Source: Geosiphon pyriformis uo1 (lineage: Eukaryota; Fungi; Glomeromycota). From it: a stretch of 64,000 nt of DNA. How positions within the stretch are numbered: the first letter of the stretch is position 1; each line of letters begins with the position of its first letter. A model generated the notes under the pieces. It had not been told where the DNA came from. It did not search any database and worked only from the letters and a program-made list of their open reading frames with translations. Positions 1 to 13,400 of this stretch are shown here, piece by piece. A program made the position numbers and the translations under genes. The stretch spans positions 248,001-312,000 of the forward strand of contig JAAOMT010000572.1 in the NCBI GenBank assembly GCA_016748015.1, read 5' to 3'.

Positions 1-1419
1 GGGTTGAATTTTTATTTATAAAAAAACTTTGCAACAACATATTTATCTTTTTTGACATATGTTTTCCCTTTCTCTTTCCACCCATTTTCTGATTTTGTTT
101 TAGTGCCCATCCTTTTGGTAGTGGGTATTCTTGATCGATCAGACTATGATTCTTTTGATTAAAATTCTATATAAGACTTTGTGAATACAATGAAGAGGCT
201 TACCTCAGGCTGAAAGCAGTGGCATCTTAATTTATATTTTACAAATATAAGGTTGATATCAAACAATCTTATTATTTTATTTAGAATCAATTTAAGAAAA
301 CACACTGACCTCGTGATCTTTTTTTGGCCTCTCCAATAGTCAGTTCTATCATTGATTGATTTCCAATATCATCTACTCTTTGAGTATTCTCTAATTAAAT
401 TTAAAAGTAATATTGGTATTATTTACATTATTGTTGCTACAAATGACTTTCAGATTAGATCTACTTGACATCCATGGCATTTGCATCTTCCAATCAATGA
501 GATTTTCAGTATGCTCTGAAAAAAAAGGTTTTGGTCTAACAATCTCTGTATTACATAAATTTGCTACAGCTGCTGGTGAATAATTCTCCAATCTAACATT
601 TGTATAGGGATTTTTCTTGACTTGATCTGCTCGTCAAAAATGCATTTCAGTATATTTTCATTACTCCATTCATTTGGTGTACATACAAATGATTTTTTAT
701 AATTCATTAATTGAAATAAGAATTGTGTATCAGGATATTTAATACCAAAAAGAGTTTCTTCATTGTATTTGATAAGAATTCCTAATTTTTTTCAAATGTT
801 GTTGGGTGTTTCGCCTTTAATTGATCTAATACATGTTTTATCTTGATATATATGTAAATAACAAGTAGATTTGTTAATTTCTTGTACAATGAGTCGTTGT
901 TGTCCACTTATCTTTGTCATTATTGTTGAGATATATCCTGTTCCTGCACCATAGTAATTTTTGAAAGATAAACATCCAATTGAATTAATAACAATTGTAT
1001 GTTTGTCAACTTTCAGAAATAATAGTACAAATGAAATGTTTTGTTAATTTCTGAACAAGAGCTTTATTATTGAAACCAAGGATTGAAAGACCCGAGTATT
1101 CTGTCTTAACACCAAATATACTTTGATACAAAGTATTGATTGCAGTCGAAGGTGAGTTTTCAATATTACTAGATTCTGAACTATTAGTACAAATAAAGCC
1201 AGGTTTCTGACAACTAGTTTGTTTTACTATTGTCATTATAAACTGTTGTTTGTTTAGTTTAAAACCAACACACATATACAGTCGGTAAGGTATAGTAAAA
1301 ACCTCATTTTTAAATTGTTTTTGAATCCACCAATTCCGAGTAAACAAACCATAATGTGTTTCAGAAATAATAAGACCTTTGTCAAGGAGGTTTACAGTAT
1401 ATTGTTGACTTTGAGCCAT
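1..1419 (-). pseudogene. Frameshifted member of a repetitive, probably TE-associated family with two FYR(C)-like motifs; runs off the window start
   Basis: The ORF 1006..1419 contains SPSTAIN...SGLSILGF...LVQKL. After a 1-nt frameshift near 1040 the reading continues ISFVLLFLKVDKHTIVINSIG...GETPNNI*KKLGIL...ETLFGI, a second FYRC-like motif with a stop. Confidence 0.5.
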
Positions 1420-2987
1420 ATTATGACAAATGTTAAGAAAGACAGAACATTTAAAAACAAAGAAAAAACTATAATAAGTATAACCGCTAAATTTGATTAT
1501 TATTTGTCGATCATTTGAACATGGTAATATCTGATCTGTGAATTAAATACATTAGACTAATAGCTTTTAATCATAGTTATTTTATTTTTTATTTTGTTTT
1601 CTTTGTTGTTTACTAATTAATTAAGAGATTAAGTACTAAGTAATTGACATCAAAAATAGCTTGGTAAAAAACCTAGAAACAAGAATAGAAAACTTAAGAA
1701 TAGCTTACCAGAAAAGTATAACTGTCAAAATAAACCAGCTACCATGCTGAAAAAAAAAATTTATACAAGAAAACCATTAATTAAATCTCTGTTTATTATA
1801 CAAAAGACTCAACCAAAACCTTTAGACTCCAAAATCTTTAGAATTATTATTATCAACAACTATTGAACACTAAGTTATAAGTTTGTTATTTGTTTTAACA
1901 CCTTAAATAATCTGTAATAGTAAACTACTATTTTGTATTTTAGTAAACTATTAATTATTTTAATGAATTTCTATAAATTTTGGCAAATTTTTGAATATTA
2001 CATAGTTTAAAGTATTGTGTAATCTAATCATTACAATTTGTGTATTATATAAATTAAATTATTAATTAAATAATAATTCAGATAATTTGATAAGATAATA
2101 AATAATAAATTAAAATAATAATATATATTAATTAATAATAGAAATTATAAAAATATTTTTATGCTAAATAATATTTTAAATTTTTATTAATAACAACATA
2201 TTTTAAGATTATATATTTAATTATTATTTTTTGTTTACTTAAATTTATTAAAATAGTTTTATATTTTATTTTAAAAATTATATTTATTAAAAATATTAAT
2301 ATTTAAACTATTTATATTATTAAATTTTATTATTTTGAATTTAAATCATTAGTAATATTAGACAATAAGTTTATTTTAATAAGTTAAAGAGTAAAATTGT
2401 CATATATATATAGTTTTATATATTTTTTTAATTAATTATTAAGTTTATACAAGTTTATAAACTTTAAATCAAATTTAAACTAAATTCAGATTTGTTAAAA
2501 AGATTTAATTTTAAACTCAAATCAAATTTATTTTGAAAATTAAGTTTGGTTTAATTATTCAAACCAAATTTAAACAGTATTTAAAGTTTAATTTAGTTTA
2601 ATTTATTAGATTTTTATCTAATTATAGTTTTAATTATTAGTATTTTTGATTTTTGTAATTTATTTATAATTAAAAAGTATTTAATAGAAGTTAAATTATT
2701 TATTATAAATGTTTTTACAAATAAATTATTAAAAAAATTAAATTTCTATAATATAGCCAATAAAGCTATTATATTTTTTAATAATTTAAATTTGAATATT
2801 AATGTTTAAGTTTTTAGTATTATAGATAAATAATTCATAAAATAAAAACTTCTTTCTCTTTTTTGTCCAGAAATCCCTAAAAAAGAGTCTAAAGTTTTTT
2901 CTGAAAGAAGTTTTTACAATTCAATACAATAAATTTAAACCCTTTATTCTTGACTACAAAGCCACTGTTGACTATAGTATTGCTGTT

Positions 2988-4786
2988 ATGAAGAAGACTG
3001 CTAAAGTTTCTGGTTTTAATAATGACTTTAAACCTATACTTCCAAGGAAAAAGAGAAGGAATGGTGTTTTAGAAGATGGTTCTAGTGGTAAGAATATTGG
3101 TTCTAAGGTTCAGATTAATTACTTATGGAGTTTAAAGACTGGTAACACCATTGAGTTTAATAGTATTGATATAAAGGAAGAATGTCTGATAGAAAAGACC
3201 AGTTTTAATTATGGTAAAAGTGGTGTTCTTGTTGGTGGAGATCCTAATCAAATACCTACTGGTTTAAAGATCAAAACCAAAAAAACATTAGGCAAGCCAT
3301 TGGGTAAAATTAATTTTTCATTAAGCAATGTTGAAGATGATGTTCTTTTGGATGCTTTATTGGAATTCTCTCTACCTCTAAAGAATTTGGTCAACATTTT
3401 TGTTCACAAATCTTTTGCTTTGAATATTGAATTAGACAAAGTGGTTGGGAAATCTTCTTAAAAAAAGCTTCAAGTAATTAGAAAGTTGTTTTCAAAAATC
3501 AATAGTTTTGGAGGGATTTTTACTCTCTCAAGGTTTGCTGAGATCATCAGAGTGACATTTACTTCTGAATTAAGTTTGGTGCAGACTTTTGAAAAAGCTG
3601 AAGAAGTGAATATTTTGGTTAATGCTGATCTCAAGAAATCTACTGAGCATTCAGATCGGGCTGTGGTATTGAAAAAAATCCCAGTTGGAACATTAGTTGA
3701 GGCTGTGCATGCTGCACTATCTGAATTTGGGTCAATCAAGTCAATTAAGATGCAATTGATGAGGCTGTGACAGAAAGCAGTTATTAAGTTTGATCAGATA
3801 GATCATGTTAATTTGGTCACAGCAAAATGGTCTATCCTAATCAGAAAAGATGCAGTACATGTTGCTAGATCTGATATAGACAAAAAATTATGGAATGTGA
3901 AAGACAATCATAGGGTGCTGTTCTATACTCTTCCTGTGGGAACAAATACTCATGACATTTAGGATTTTATTGGTTCTGTGGATGGGAAAACATGTATAAT
4001 CAACTGGTATCCTATCATATATGCCTGGGCCAAATGTGTCATTGTTTGTTTTAATTCAGCTGAATTCTTGGATGCTGTTATGAGAACCACATCTGTTGAA
4101 AGAGACCAATTTGTAGTGATCTTATTTAGATTTTTCTAAGTGTACCAAGTATGAGAAAATAGAGCATACATCATTGGACTATTCTATGAGTGGGAGTTTG
4201 TATTCTGGCAAGCCATCTTATATGTCACTTTTAAACATAGATAAAAGCAGATTGGCTGCCATCTATTCCAAGTGTTCAGCTCCTATTGCTTGTCCTGTTG
4301 CTTTTGATGAGATTTTATGAGCAAAAATAGCTGGTGGATCTTCATTCTCTCCCCTTTTTGTGAAAAATGGTTCAATCAATTCTGGCTTCTCTTTGGAGAT
4401 GAAGCCTACCCTTCCTGTTACATTTGACATTAAAAAAAAATTTGCTGTTTTGGAAAGCAGTCTTACTAGCCTCATGGAACAGATTAGTAAGTTGGCTAAG
4501 AGATTGAATTCACTTGTGCCAGTAGTTTCTTAGCCTAGTCCTGAATGTCAGCTGCTGGTGACCCCTCTCATCACAGAATCAGGTGGGCAATATAGTGATG
4601 GAAGAGGACTTGAGTGAAGCCACTAGTGGTAAGGCTGCTGCACTTCTGAATTTATCTTTTTTCCCTAATATGGTCAAATTTAAGAATATGTTGAAAGATT
4701 TTTCTACTTCAGTTTTGAGTTTGTTAGCTTGTCTCAACAGTTTAGTCTTGGCTGATAGTATGCACCTCCAACTTCCTTTTCAATAA
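2988..4786 (+). pseudogene. LINE A ORF1 (gag-like; two RRM-like domains and a decayed zinc knuckle)
   Basis: DRAVVLKKIPVG...LSEFGSIKSIKMQL; HRVLFYTLPVGT; degenerate knuckle KCTKYEKIEHTSLDY near 4140; premature stops at about 3459, 3768 and others. Confidence 0.8.
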
Positions 4787-7700
4787 GTAAGTTAGCCTGA
4801 AAGTTTGCAACTTGTAATGTCAGAGGCATAAACAATCCTGCAAAGCAAGAGGATATTGTGCATTGGCATATAAAATCTAGGAATATGGTCTTGATTGTTA
4901 CTAAAACAAAGTTGAGATCTGGTTGTAGATCTTAGATTATAAACAGGTTTGATGGTGTCAAAATTTTTTCATCTGGTTTGAACAAAGAATTTCTTGGTGC
5001 TGGGATGGCTATTATCATGAACAATTTTTTGGCCTGCCATGTTTCTAAAGTTAAAAAGATCTCTGGTCAGTATTACAGTTTAAAAATTTAATAGGAATTA
5101 TAAATTAGCCAATCATGAAATAGCACAGCAACAATTTATAAAAAAAAATGATTTACAAATAACAGCAAGCACTATTTTACAATAGCAGCAAGCATTATTG
5201 TACAATAATAGTAAATACTATTGTGCAAAAGCAACAAGTACAATTTCACAATAGCAGCAAGCATTATTTAGAAATAATGGAAATAGAGTATTACAAGACG
5301 TTATTTTATAAAACAATAATTATATATATATCAATCTGAGTGAGTAATGATCAGACTTCTACACAGTATATTTTGGACAATAGTTTTTAATAATGAAGAA
5401 AAACAGCTTCAATTCAAAACAACAAATATCTAAATTAAATCTTATTCAAAAAGAATTAATAAAAATAATAAATTAAATAAACATCACAATTACAAAATTA
5501 ACAATAGAATTCACATACCCTCTCTAGTGAATGAAACTATTATTCCATCTTTGAATCCTTTGGAAAAATAATCTCTGATCAAGATTATTTATGTGGTTAC
5601 TAATTAAATTGAAAAAGCTTTATTATATACTTAGGAAAATCACGAAAAAGCCATTAACATTCCATGTTTTTAAATTAGAGAAACACATTAGACAATTGCA
5701 AAGATAGCCTCAGAGAAGACCCCAAACAGTGAGTAGATTTTAAATTAGTCTCTGAAAAGGAGTACACAACATATAAAAACAATTAGAATTAAAAAAAAGA
5801 CTTATATTACAACATCAAGAGAAAACTTTCAGTATATTATCATTAATATCCAACACATAAAATAGAAGAACTTACAAGAGACTAATTGCAATTAAAACAG
5901 GATATCAACAATTAAAATATACCAAGAAAACACTCCCATAATATCAGGTTATTTTGGTGCATTTCTTCTTCAAGAGCAAACTTTCAGTTACAGTTTTGGG
6001 TTTTTATGCTGGTGTATTCTCTAGAACTAAGTTTGGTCAGGCTATGGAAGTAAATTTTTTTATCACAAAAGCTCTGAATTCCAGTATTTTTGTGGTCTTG
6101 GGTGGTGACTTCAATAAAAATAATTTTAAGAAAAATGCAAGTTTTAGGTTTTGTTTAGATCTGGGTTTGGCCAATTCATTTGGTACACACTTATCAGTTA
6201 GGACTCCTACATGAAGCAATTTAAGGAGTGCTAAAAAAACAATCGATTACATTTTTGTCAGTGATAGTTTGTCTTTAGCAGTTGTTGGTCAGATTGTTGC
6301 TTCTGTTTCTAATTATTTTAATACTGACTACAAGGCTATTGTGGTGTCAATTGGTCTGGATGGGCTTTTGGATGTTTAATTAAATAGTTTGTGCAAGCAA
6401 GTTAATAAAAATTGATAGAAGTTTAAGATTGTGGATGCAGACAGTCCCAAATAGACATGTTTTAAGAAGTGTTCTTCAGTTAAGTTTTCTTCTGTGAATA
6501 ATGAGTTTTTGGTCACTGATGCTGGTGGGGATTTTGATTCTATGTGGTTTTTGTTGGTGAGAGTGTTGGTCGATGCAGCTAATAAGACATTCTTTAAACA
6601 TTGGTTTTATAAGGTCAAATGTTTTTTTAACAAACATTCTTCTAGATTTTTTAAACTAGAACTGCTGATTGTTAAATTAGTGAAGTCTCTTCAGTCTGGT
6701 GATGCTTTTAGGACTGGTTCTCTTTTTAATGCTTGGTTGATTGCTAATGAAAATAAGGCTCTTGAAGTTTGAAATATGTTAAATAATAGTGTCAATAGCA
6801 CAGAAATTTTTGTTTGTTTGTCCAAGTTTAGAAAGAGTTACCATTGTTCCAAGATACATAAGTTTAAAGCTGCTGAAGCTGCTGTGATTAGGCATACTAT
6901 TAATAGAAAAATAGAAAATTTTTACACAGACAAAAGCCATATGATCAGAAGTATTTTGAATAAATTTTTTTACAAAGTGGTCCTTGACTATTTGATGGTA
7001 GATAATAAATTAGTTTTAGATCTTGGTAAAGTTAAATCCAAAGTTGATGTGATAATGAAAGAGTAGACCAGAAAGTAATCAGTGTCTGTACCTTTTTCTG
7101 CTCCTTGGACTTGTCAGTATGCTTCTTTGCAATATGTGAATAATAATGCTTTCTCTAGTGTTATAAACATTATTGGTTTTGCTAAGCTTCTTCAGGTTGT
7201 CAAACATTTACCAAATAGAAAGGCTGCTGGTCTTAGTATTCTTAATGAATTGTAGAAGCATTGTAATGAGGTCATTTTCAGAAGCTTGTTGGATCTCCTA
7301 AATTTGTGTCTAAGGTTGGGTAAAGTTCCAGTTTTGGGAAAGAGAGCATGGATCTCTATAATAACTAAACCTTATGATTGAGATAATGTTTTGACAAACA
7401 TCTGTCTTATTGCTCTGCTGAAAACTGCTTGCAAGATCTTTTCTAAGATTCTCTCAGATTGGATTTCTTTTGTTTGCAGTAAGTTTGAGGTGTTGTGTAG
7501 GAATAATTTTTTCATTCTTCATGGTACCTCTACACAGTCTCCCATTTTTGCTATTGGTTTAGTAATAGAAGATGCTTTAGAAAAAAACAAAGAAATTTGG
7601 TTGGTTTTGTAGGATATGCACAAGATGTATAACTCAATTGGCTGGCACCATTTGGAGGCTAGTTTGCAGCACATCAAAATGTGTAACAGATTCATTAGGT

Positions 7701-10348
7701 TTTTTGGTGAGATTCATAAAGATAGGTTGAACCATGTTATGACAGATTTTGGTCTTTTGGATGATTACTAGATACTGAATAGTTTTGATCAAGAGGAGGT
7801 GTTTTTCTCCCTCCTTTGACAGATCTTCTACAACCTCTTACTGTGTGAGATTAAGAGACAGAAGAATATATGTGGCTACCAGATTGATACCAAGTTTGTG
7901 GCCAAATTGGGCAAAATAAACAATATGGGTGGAATGATATCTTTCTTTGCTGCTGGTGTTTTTGTTGATGATACTATCTGGGTTGGAAGTAGTCAGGCTG
8001 TCACACAATTTATATTGGATGTTGCCAGTAATTTCTTTGTAATTAATGATATTTCGATTAATAATGACAAAACAGTGACTATTTCCATTAACCAGAGAGT
8101 CCAGAATGCTGCTTTTAAGATCAGTGAATTGTCTATATCAATTGTCAGATGTGGTATGCCTCATAGATGTTTGAGTATATTCTTGTTAACTGATAGTTTG
8201 TCCAAATTCAGCTTGGCTAAAGCTCAGTCTAACATCAAGTTTTTTTCTAATATGGTACTATATAAAGCTATTTCAGACAAACAGTTTATATATTTGGTGT
8301 TAGCTGTTCTTTAAGTCATTGTCAGCTATCATACTCAGTTTAGTTTTGTCTTCTTTGCTGTTTGTCAACACTAAGATGCTCTGATTAAAAAAGGCTTCAA
8401 GTCAAAGACTGGTTTGTCTTGAGATTTTCTAAGTAAGATACTTTATCATCTTTTACTTTATGGTCTAAAGACATTCAAACAAGTTCAAGCTGAGAAGAAG
8501 TTTGCTTCTGTTATAAGTTTTTCTAATTCTTCTGAAGTTGTTGGTTGGCTTTTTAAGTATTATTTCCTGGATTTGCAGATTTTAGATTGGACCTCTTTTA
8601 ATCCCTTGCAGTATCCTGTGAGGCTGCATATTGGTCTTTACAACAATTTTCTGGCTGGAATAGTGCATATTTTTTTGAACAATAATATTTCTATGATGAA
8701 CAATTTGCCTTGTGCTTTTCTTAGTCTTGGCAAGTATCCTGTTTCTAGTATTTTAGAGTCTTCTTTGTACTATGATTGGATCAGTTTTTTGAAAAGATTT
8801 GGTGTAGCTTTTTGTGATAGACTTTTAGACAAATGCAGTAAAGTTCTGAATTGGTAAACATTCTGACATTAGAAAAGACTGGATCCCAGGGAACCTGTGT
8901 CTTCTTGGTTTATCTTAGTATTAAAATTCTTGTATAATAAAATTTTTCTGTCAACACCACTCAATTGTAAATCTTTGGTAGATATTAATAATGTTTTGTT
9001 TTTGGATCAATTTTTTAATGTTAAGAATGGTCTGCTTGAGGTCTGGTCAGGTTTTATTTCTGTTTTTACAAATGGTTTTTTGAAGAAATTGGGTTCTGTT
9101 GATGTGACTGGTGGTGTTGTGGCGTTCTTTCCTAAGATTGGGTTGAGCATTGGAGTTAGAGTAATGGGTCTTTTGTCTTTTATGATGACTGAGTTGCAGA
9201 CTGTTGTTTTGGCACTAAAGTGTGTACTTTTTTTTTCTTTGGTGGAGGTGTGTTTAAACAGCCAAGCTGCTTTAGATGTGTGTGTTTTAGAATTGAAATC
9301 TGGTGGCTCTAATTTTTGTAATTGTTATTGAATAGAGAGGAAGCATATTGCAAATTTGATTATTCAAAAAAACATTTTTGTAAGCTGATTAAAGGTCAAA
9401 AGACACTCTGGTGTGCTGGATAATGTTTGTGCAGATGTATTGGCATGCACTTCTACTTATTTTTCTTTGCTGCTGCTGACCAATGTGCATGAATGCTTTT
9501 TAATAACTAATGGCATGCCAATTTCTGGTAATGTTCAGTATTTTGTCCAGGACATTTTTAGATTTGTGAATCACATGTACTGGAAAATTGGTCCTGGTTC
9601 TAAGATTCTGAGTGGTTTTTCAGTTTGTGATATTGATTGGATTAGGACCATGGCTGTTTGGCATCCAAATTTGGGTATGCTGTCAGGTTCTAAAAGTAGA
9701 AATTCGGCTGATCTGCACTCCTATTTTATAAAAGCTGTGTATAGCAGACTGTCTGTTGCAATTAGAAAAAGACTTTATAACAAGAACTACTCTGGTGTTT
9801 TATGTTTGCACTGTGAAAAAGTTAAATTCTCTGATCATGTGTTTACATGTAACAAAGAATTCGTTTTCTATAAGGAGATTCTTTTCAAATGTGTGTCAGT
9901 TTGGAGGTCTTTGGCTGGCTCTTATTGTCCAACTCTTTCTGTGGTCTTGGAATCTCTTATCTTGTGTGTGTCTAATATCGGCCTATATGCTCTTTTCTAC
10001 AAGAGCTTTGTGCTCATAGAGTGGTTTAAAGAAACCATGCAGATATTTGAGAATTGCAAAGAGGCTGTCCAAGTTCTGGTTAACTTTGTGCAAAATGTGG
10101 ATGTGTGTTACTGTTTTGAGTTGTGGGAATTCAGGTCCAGGTTTAAAGCTAACATGGAGAAAAACAACTTGGTCAGTGACTTAAGAGTGTTACCAGCGAT
10201 ATATTGCAGCTCAGTGCAAGGTTTGTTGAATGGCACAGTTAGATTGATTGGTATTAATGATTCTTTTGGAGTGAATTTTGGTTTCCATAAGCCTTGGTTG
10301 TTTTTTTCTGGTTTGGTTAATATGGTTTCTGTTCATATAAATGTGTAA
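4783..10348 (+). pseudogene. LINE A ORF2 pol (APE endonuclease, reverse transcriptase, RNase H, CCHC finger), interrupted by a solo LTR
   Basis: ORF fragments 5954..6214, 7391..7612, 7898..8314 (AGVFVDDTIW), 8897..9331 (VFTNG = decayed VYTDG; TELQTV) and 9413..10348 (CLHCEKVKFSDHVFTC). The ORF1 stop/ORF2 start junction reads ATAA, probably a decayed ATGA. Confidence 0.9.
5071..5943. mobile_element. Solo LTR (Ty3/Gypsy-like, 873 bp) with 4-bp TSD TCAG, inserted in the LINE A endonuclease region
   Basis: TCAG at 5067-5070 and 5944-5947. Termini are TATTA...TAATA (decayed TGTTA...TAACA). Removing the insert restores ISGQ|VILV in frame. An internal ~23-bp tandem array lies at about 5160-5270. 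Confidence 0.82.
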
Positions 10349-10455
10349 TGTCACTTGAATTAGTCTGAGTGACTAGTTACATATAGTAAACACATGAATC
10401 ACATTTAGCTGGGGTCCATAGTTTTGGCTCTGTATACTAGGTAGTAATTGGGCTG

Positions 10456-13400
10456 CACTCAATAGAATTAGACCAAATCTTAAACAAACTTCCATGCACA
10501 TTAGAGAACTTTTTAGATATTAAAACATCCAATTCATGTAATCTATAGGCATCTGCAGATCCAACTATTAAAGAATTCATTACACTTAAAAACTCAGATG
10601 TCAGCTTGAATTAAAAAAACACAAAGCTGTTAAAATCCAATTTTTTCTACTTCTAAAATGTTTTTTAATCTATAATACTTCTTTTTTTGTTCAGAAATTT
10701 GTTACCAAATGCAATACCAAACTGTTTTAAAAAAAAACAAAACTATAATACAGGATTTTTCCCAAAATATTAGACATTGAAATTCTATCTAAACCACAAA
10801 AAACACTGAACAAATTGTTTATCAAAGATAAATTATTGTCCAAAAAAATCTTAATCACTCTAACCAAAAAATTTTTAACTGGACTAACACATAACTTGAC
10901 AGAAAATTACAAAAAATTTAAAGAAAACCATCCCAAAATTTGCAAATCCAAGAACTTATGTTTAAACAAACACCCAAAAATACTCAGTATATTGAAAAAA
11001 GCAATCAATAAAGCCAATTTTCTTTTAGACTGTACTTTCTCAAAAAGTTTTAAATCATATAAAGATAAATAATGTAGAGCCTTACAGAGAAAGTTATATA
11101 ACAAATTAGTTTTGGCTTTAAAATTTTTTCTAATCATCATATTTTATTTATAACACATACTTGATAAAACAAAACTAAACTACAACTGATAGCTAATAAT
11201 GAGCTGTAAAACAGCTAATACCAAATAAGAAAACTGTTTATTCATAATCATTTTTTTTAATAGCACATTAGAAAAAAACCTGATATCTGCAAAAGTCTAA
11301 GCCAAACTAGACTTAGAAAAATTTTTAATTGACAAAAAAATACCCAAGTATCTGTGTGGTTTATCTTTTTTAGCAATTGAAATTGGCTGGCTATTAATCA
11401 ATAGTGAAGCATTCTTAATATCTTAATTAATAGAAATAACCAACATCTTTTCATTATTAATAGAAATATCATTAATATTAAAAAACTCATTTACAATATT
11501 CAAAATGTACTGCATAGAAGCTTGGCAACTTTTAATCTAAATTGTATTATTAATGAAAACACTAACAGTAAAAAATAAAGTTTTTTCATTAACAGTCTTA
11601 ATCCTATCAGTTTTGATCACAAATCTAATATCAATTCAATATCTATACAAGTATTCATACCTTTTAACTTCACACAAAAATGGGTTATAAAAAATTCTCC
11701 AAAAAAAAAGAAAAAAAACTTCACTTTAATTCAACTTATTATGTATTCTGTAATTATTTGAAAGCCCAAAATTAGTTATTACTCTATTAATTCAATTTTT
11801 ATGTCTGTTGCTGAAAAACTTAATTAACTTATTATATATCTTAATATATTATAAGCTAGTTCTTAAGTAATGCCATCTTACTGAATCATAAGTCTTTTGC
11901 ATATTCTGTAAAACTAATTAAAGCTTCCTATTTTTCTCCAGTATATCTTTAACCACTAACCCAATGGCAAAAATAAAAGACTGAATTAAAGTATCTTTTA
12001 ATATCAAAAAGTTGTTTTTATAAAGAATATTAAATTTGCTATATGCTAAGAATATTCAATACAAGAAAATTTTAAACAAGATTTTTTTAGCTGTCTTAAT
12101 CAATACAATAGGCCAAGTATTTGTTAAGACACCATTCTACTTATAAGGTTTGGAAATCATAAAAATTTATGCTTTTTTCTAAAAAACTGGAATTGCATTC
12201 AAAGTCAAACACAAATTCAGCAATCAAAAAAAATTTTAATATCTTATTACTACAATATTTCTAAAGTTTATTGAATATTTCTAACAATTCAGCAGTTTTG
12301 TTATTTGGCAAATTACTAACTATTAAAGTTAATTTTTTTAAATCAATCTTACTTATTATACCAAAAAAAACACTATTATCTATATATTTCAAAAGCATAT
12401 ATTGATGAAACCAAAGCTTAAACATTCTTAGAAACACTGGCCACTTTCTTGTCTACTTTTTTATAATCTCATCAACTTTGAGCTTTATCTTCTTTGACTT
12501 TACTACTAATTTATTTCCCACTATCAAGTAATTCAATACAACTTTGCAAAAAAATTAGTTCAAAATACTCTTTGCTATCTATTCTTTGTCAAAGCAGAAA
12601 TTTTTCATATAATATTCAATTGTTTTCTTAATAGCTGTATTTTTAAATATTTTTAATTCATAATATTTAAACTGTTAATACTTTTTCTTAACCATTAACA
12701 AATGTCTAATAATATTTATTGATCTTATACTACTTTGAACCATATTGGCAATCTTGGACACCTTAATATTATCAACTAACAACCAAATATTGACAAGATA
12801 CTCAAACTTTAACAGATTACCAGAAAATTATTTTTTTATAATCTTAACTATAAACAGTTTCAACTTAAAAAATCTTGATAATAGTTTGTTTTTTACATAA
12901 TTATACTTACTATACTAATGTTTAAAGAACACCATATTAGCAAATTGCACCATAGTCTTTTTTAAAATCTTTTATATTACATTCAAATTACCACAATATT
13001 CTATTATCTCAAATATATTAGACTCTACCAACAATTTAACAGAAGTGCATTTTTTGAATTACATCTATTTAATATTATTAGCATCTTTAATCTTAAACTT
13101 TCATTGATTCTGATTAGTTTGCTTATAAATACTATTAAAACAAATATTCAAAAAACCATTTAGACTTATTAAAACTAAAATTACTTTATGATTAATATCA
13201 AAAAAATATTAATCTTATAACTTGTGACCACAAATATTAGATTTTCATTCACAAATATAAAATCCAACATTTTTTTAACACTCTTGAAATTGCTTTAAAT
13301 AAAAATTTTATTCAAAAAATGTCTATTGAAAACATTAATCATACCCAAATCCAAACAAAACTTGAAACTTACACTTTTTTTAAATCTATTCTTATTAAAA

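Larger units (their letters stand above)
2850..10463 (+). mobile_element. LINE (non-LTR retrotransposon) copy A: near full-length, inactivated, ORF1 + ORF2 + 3' UTR, no poly(A)
   Basis: Colinear remnants of RRM-type ORF1, APE (KFATCNVRGINN, LGGDFN, TIDYIF), RT (QDMxKxYNS, FVDDTIW), RNase H and a C-terminal CCHC motif. Many stops. The 5' boundary is approximate. Confidence 0.92.
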
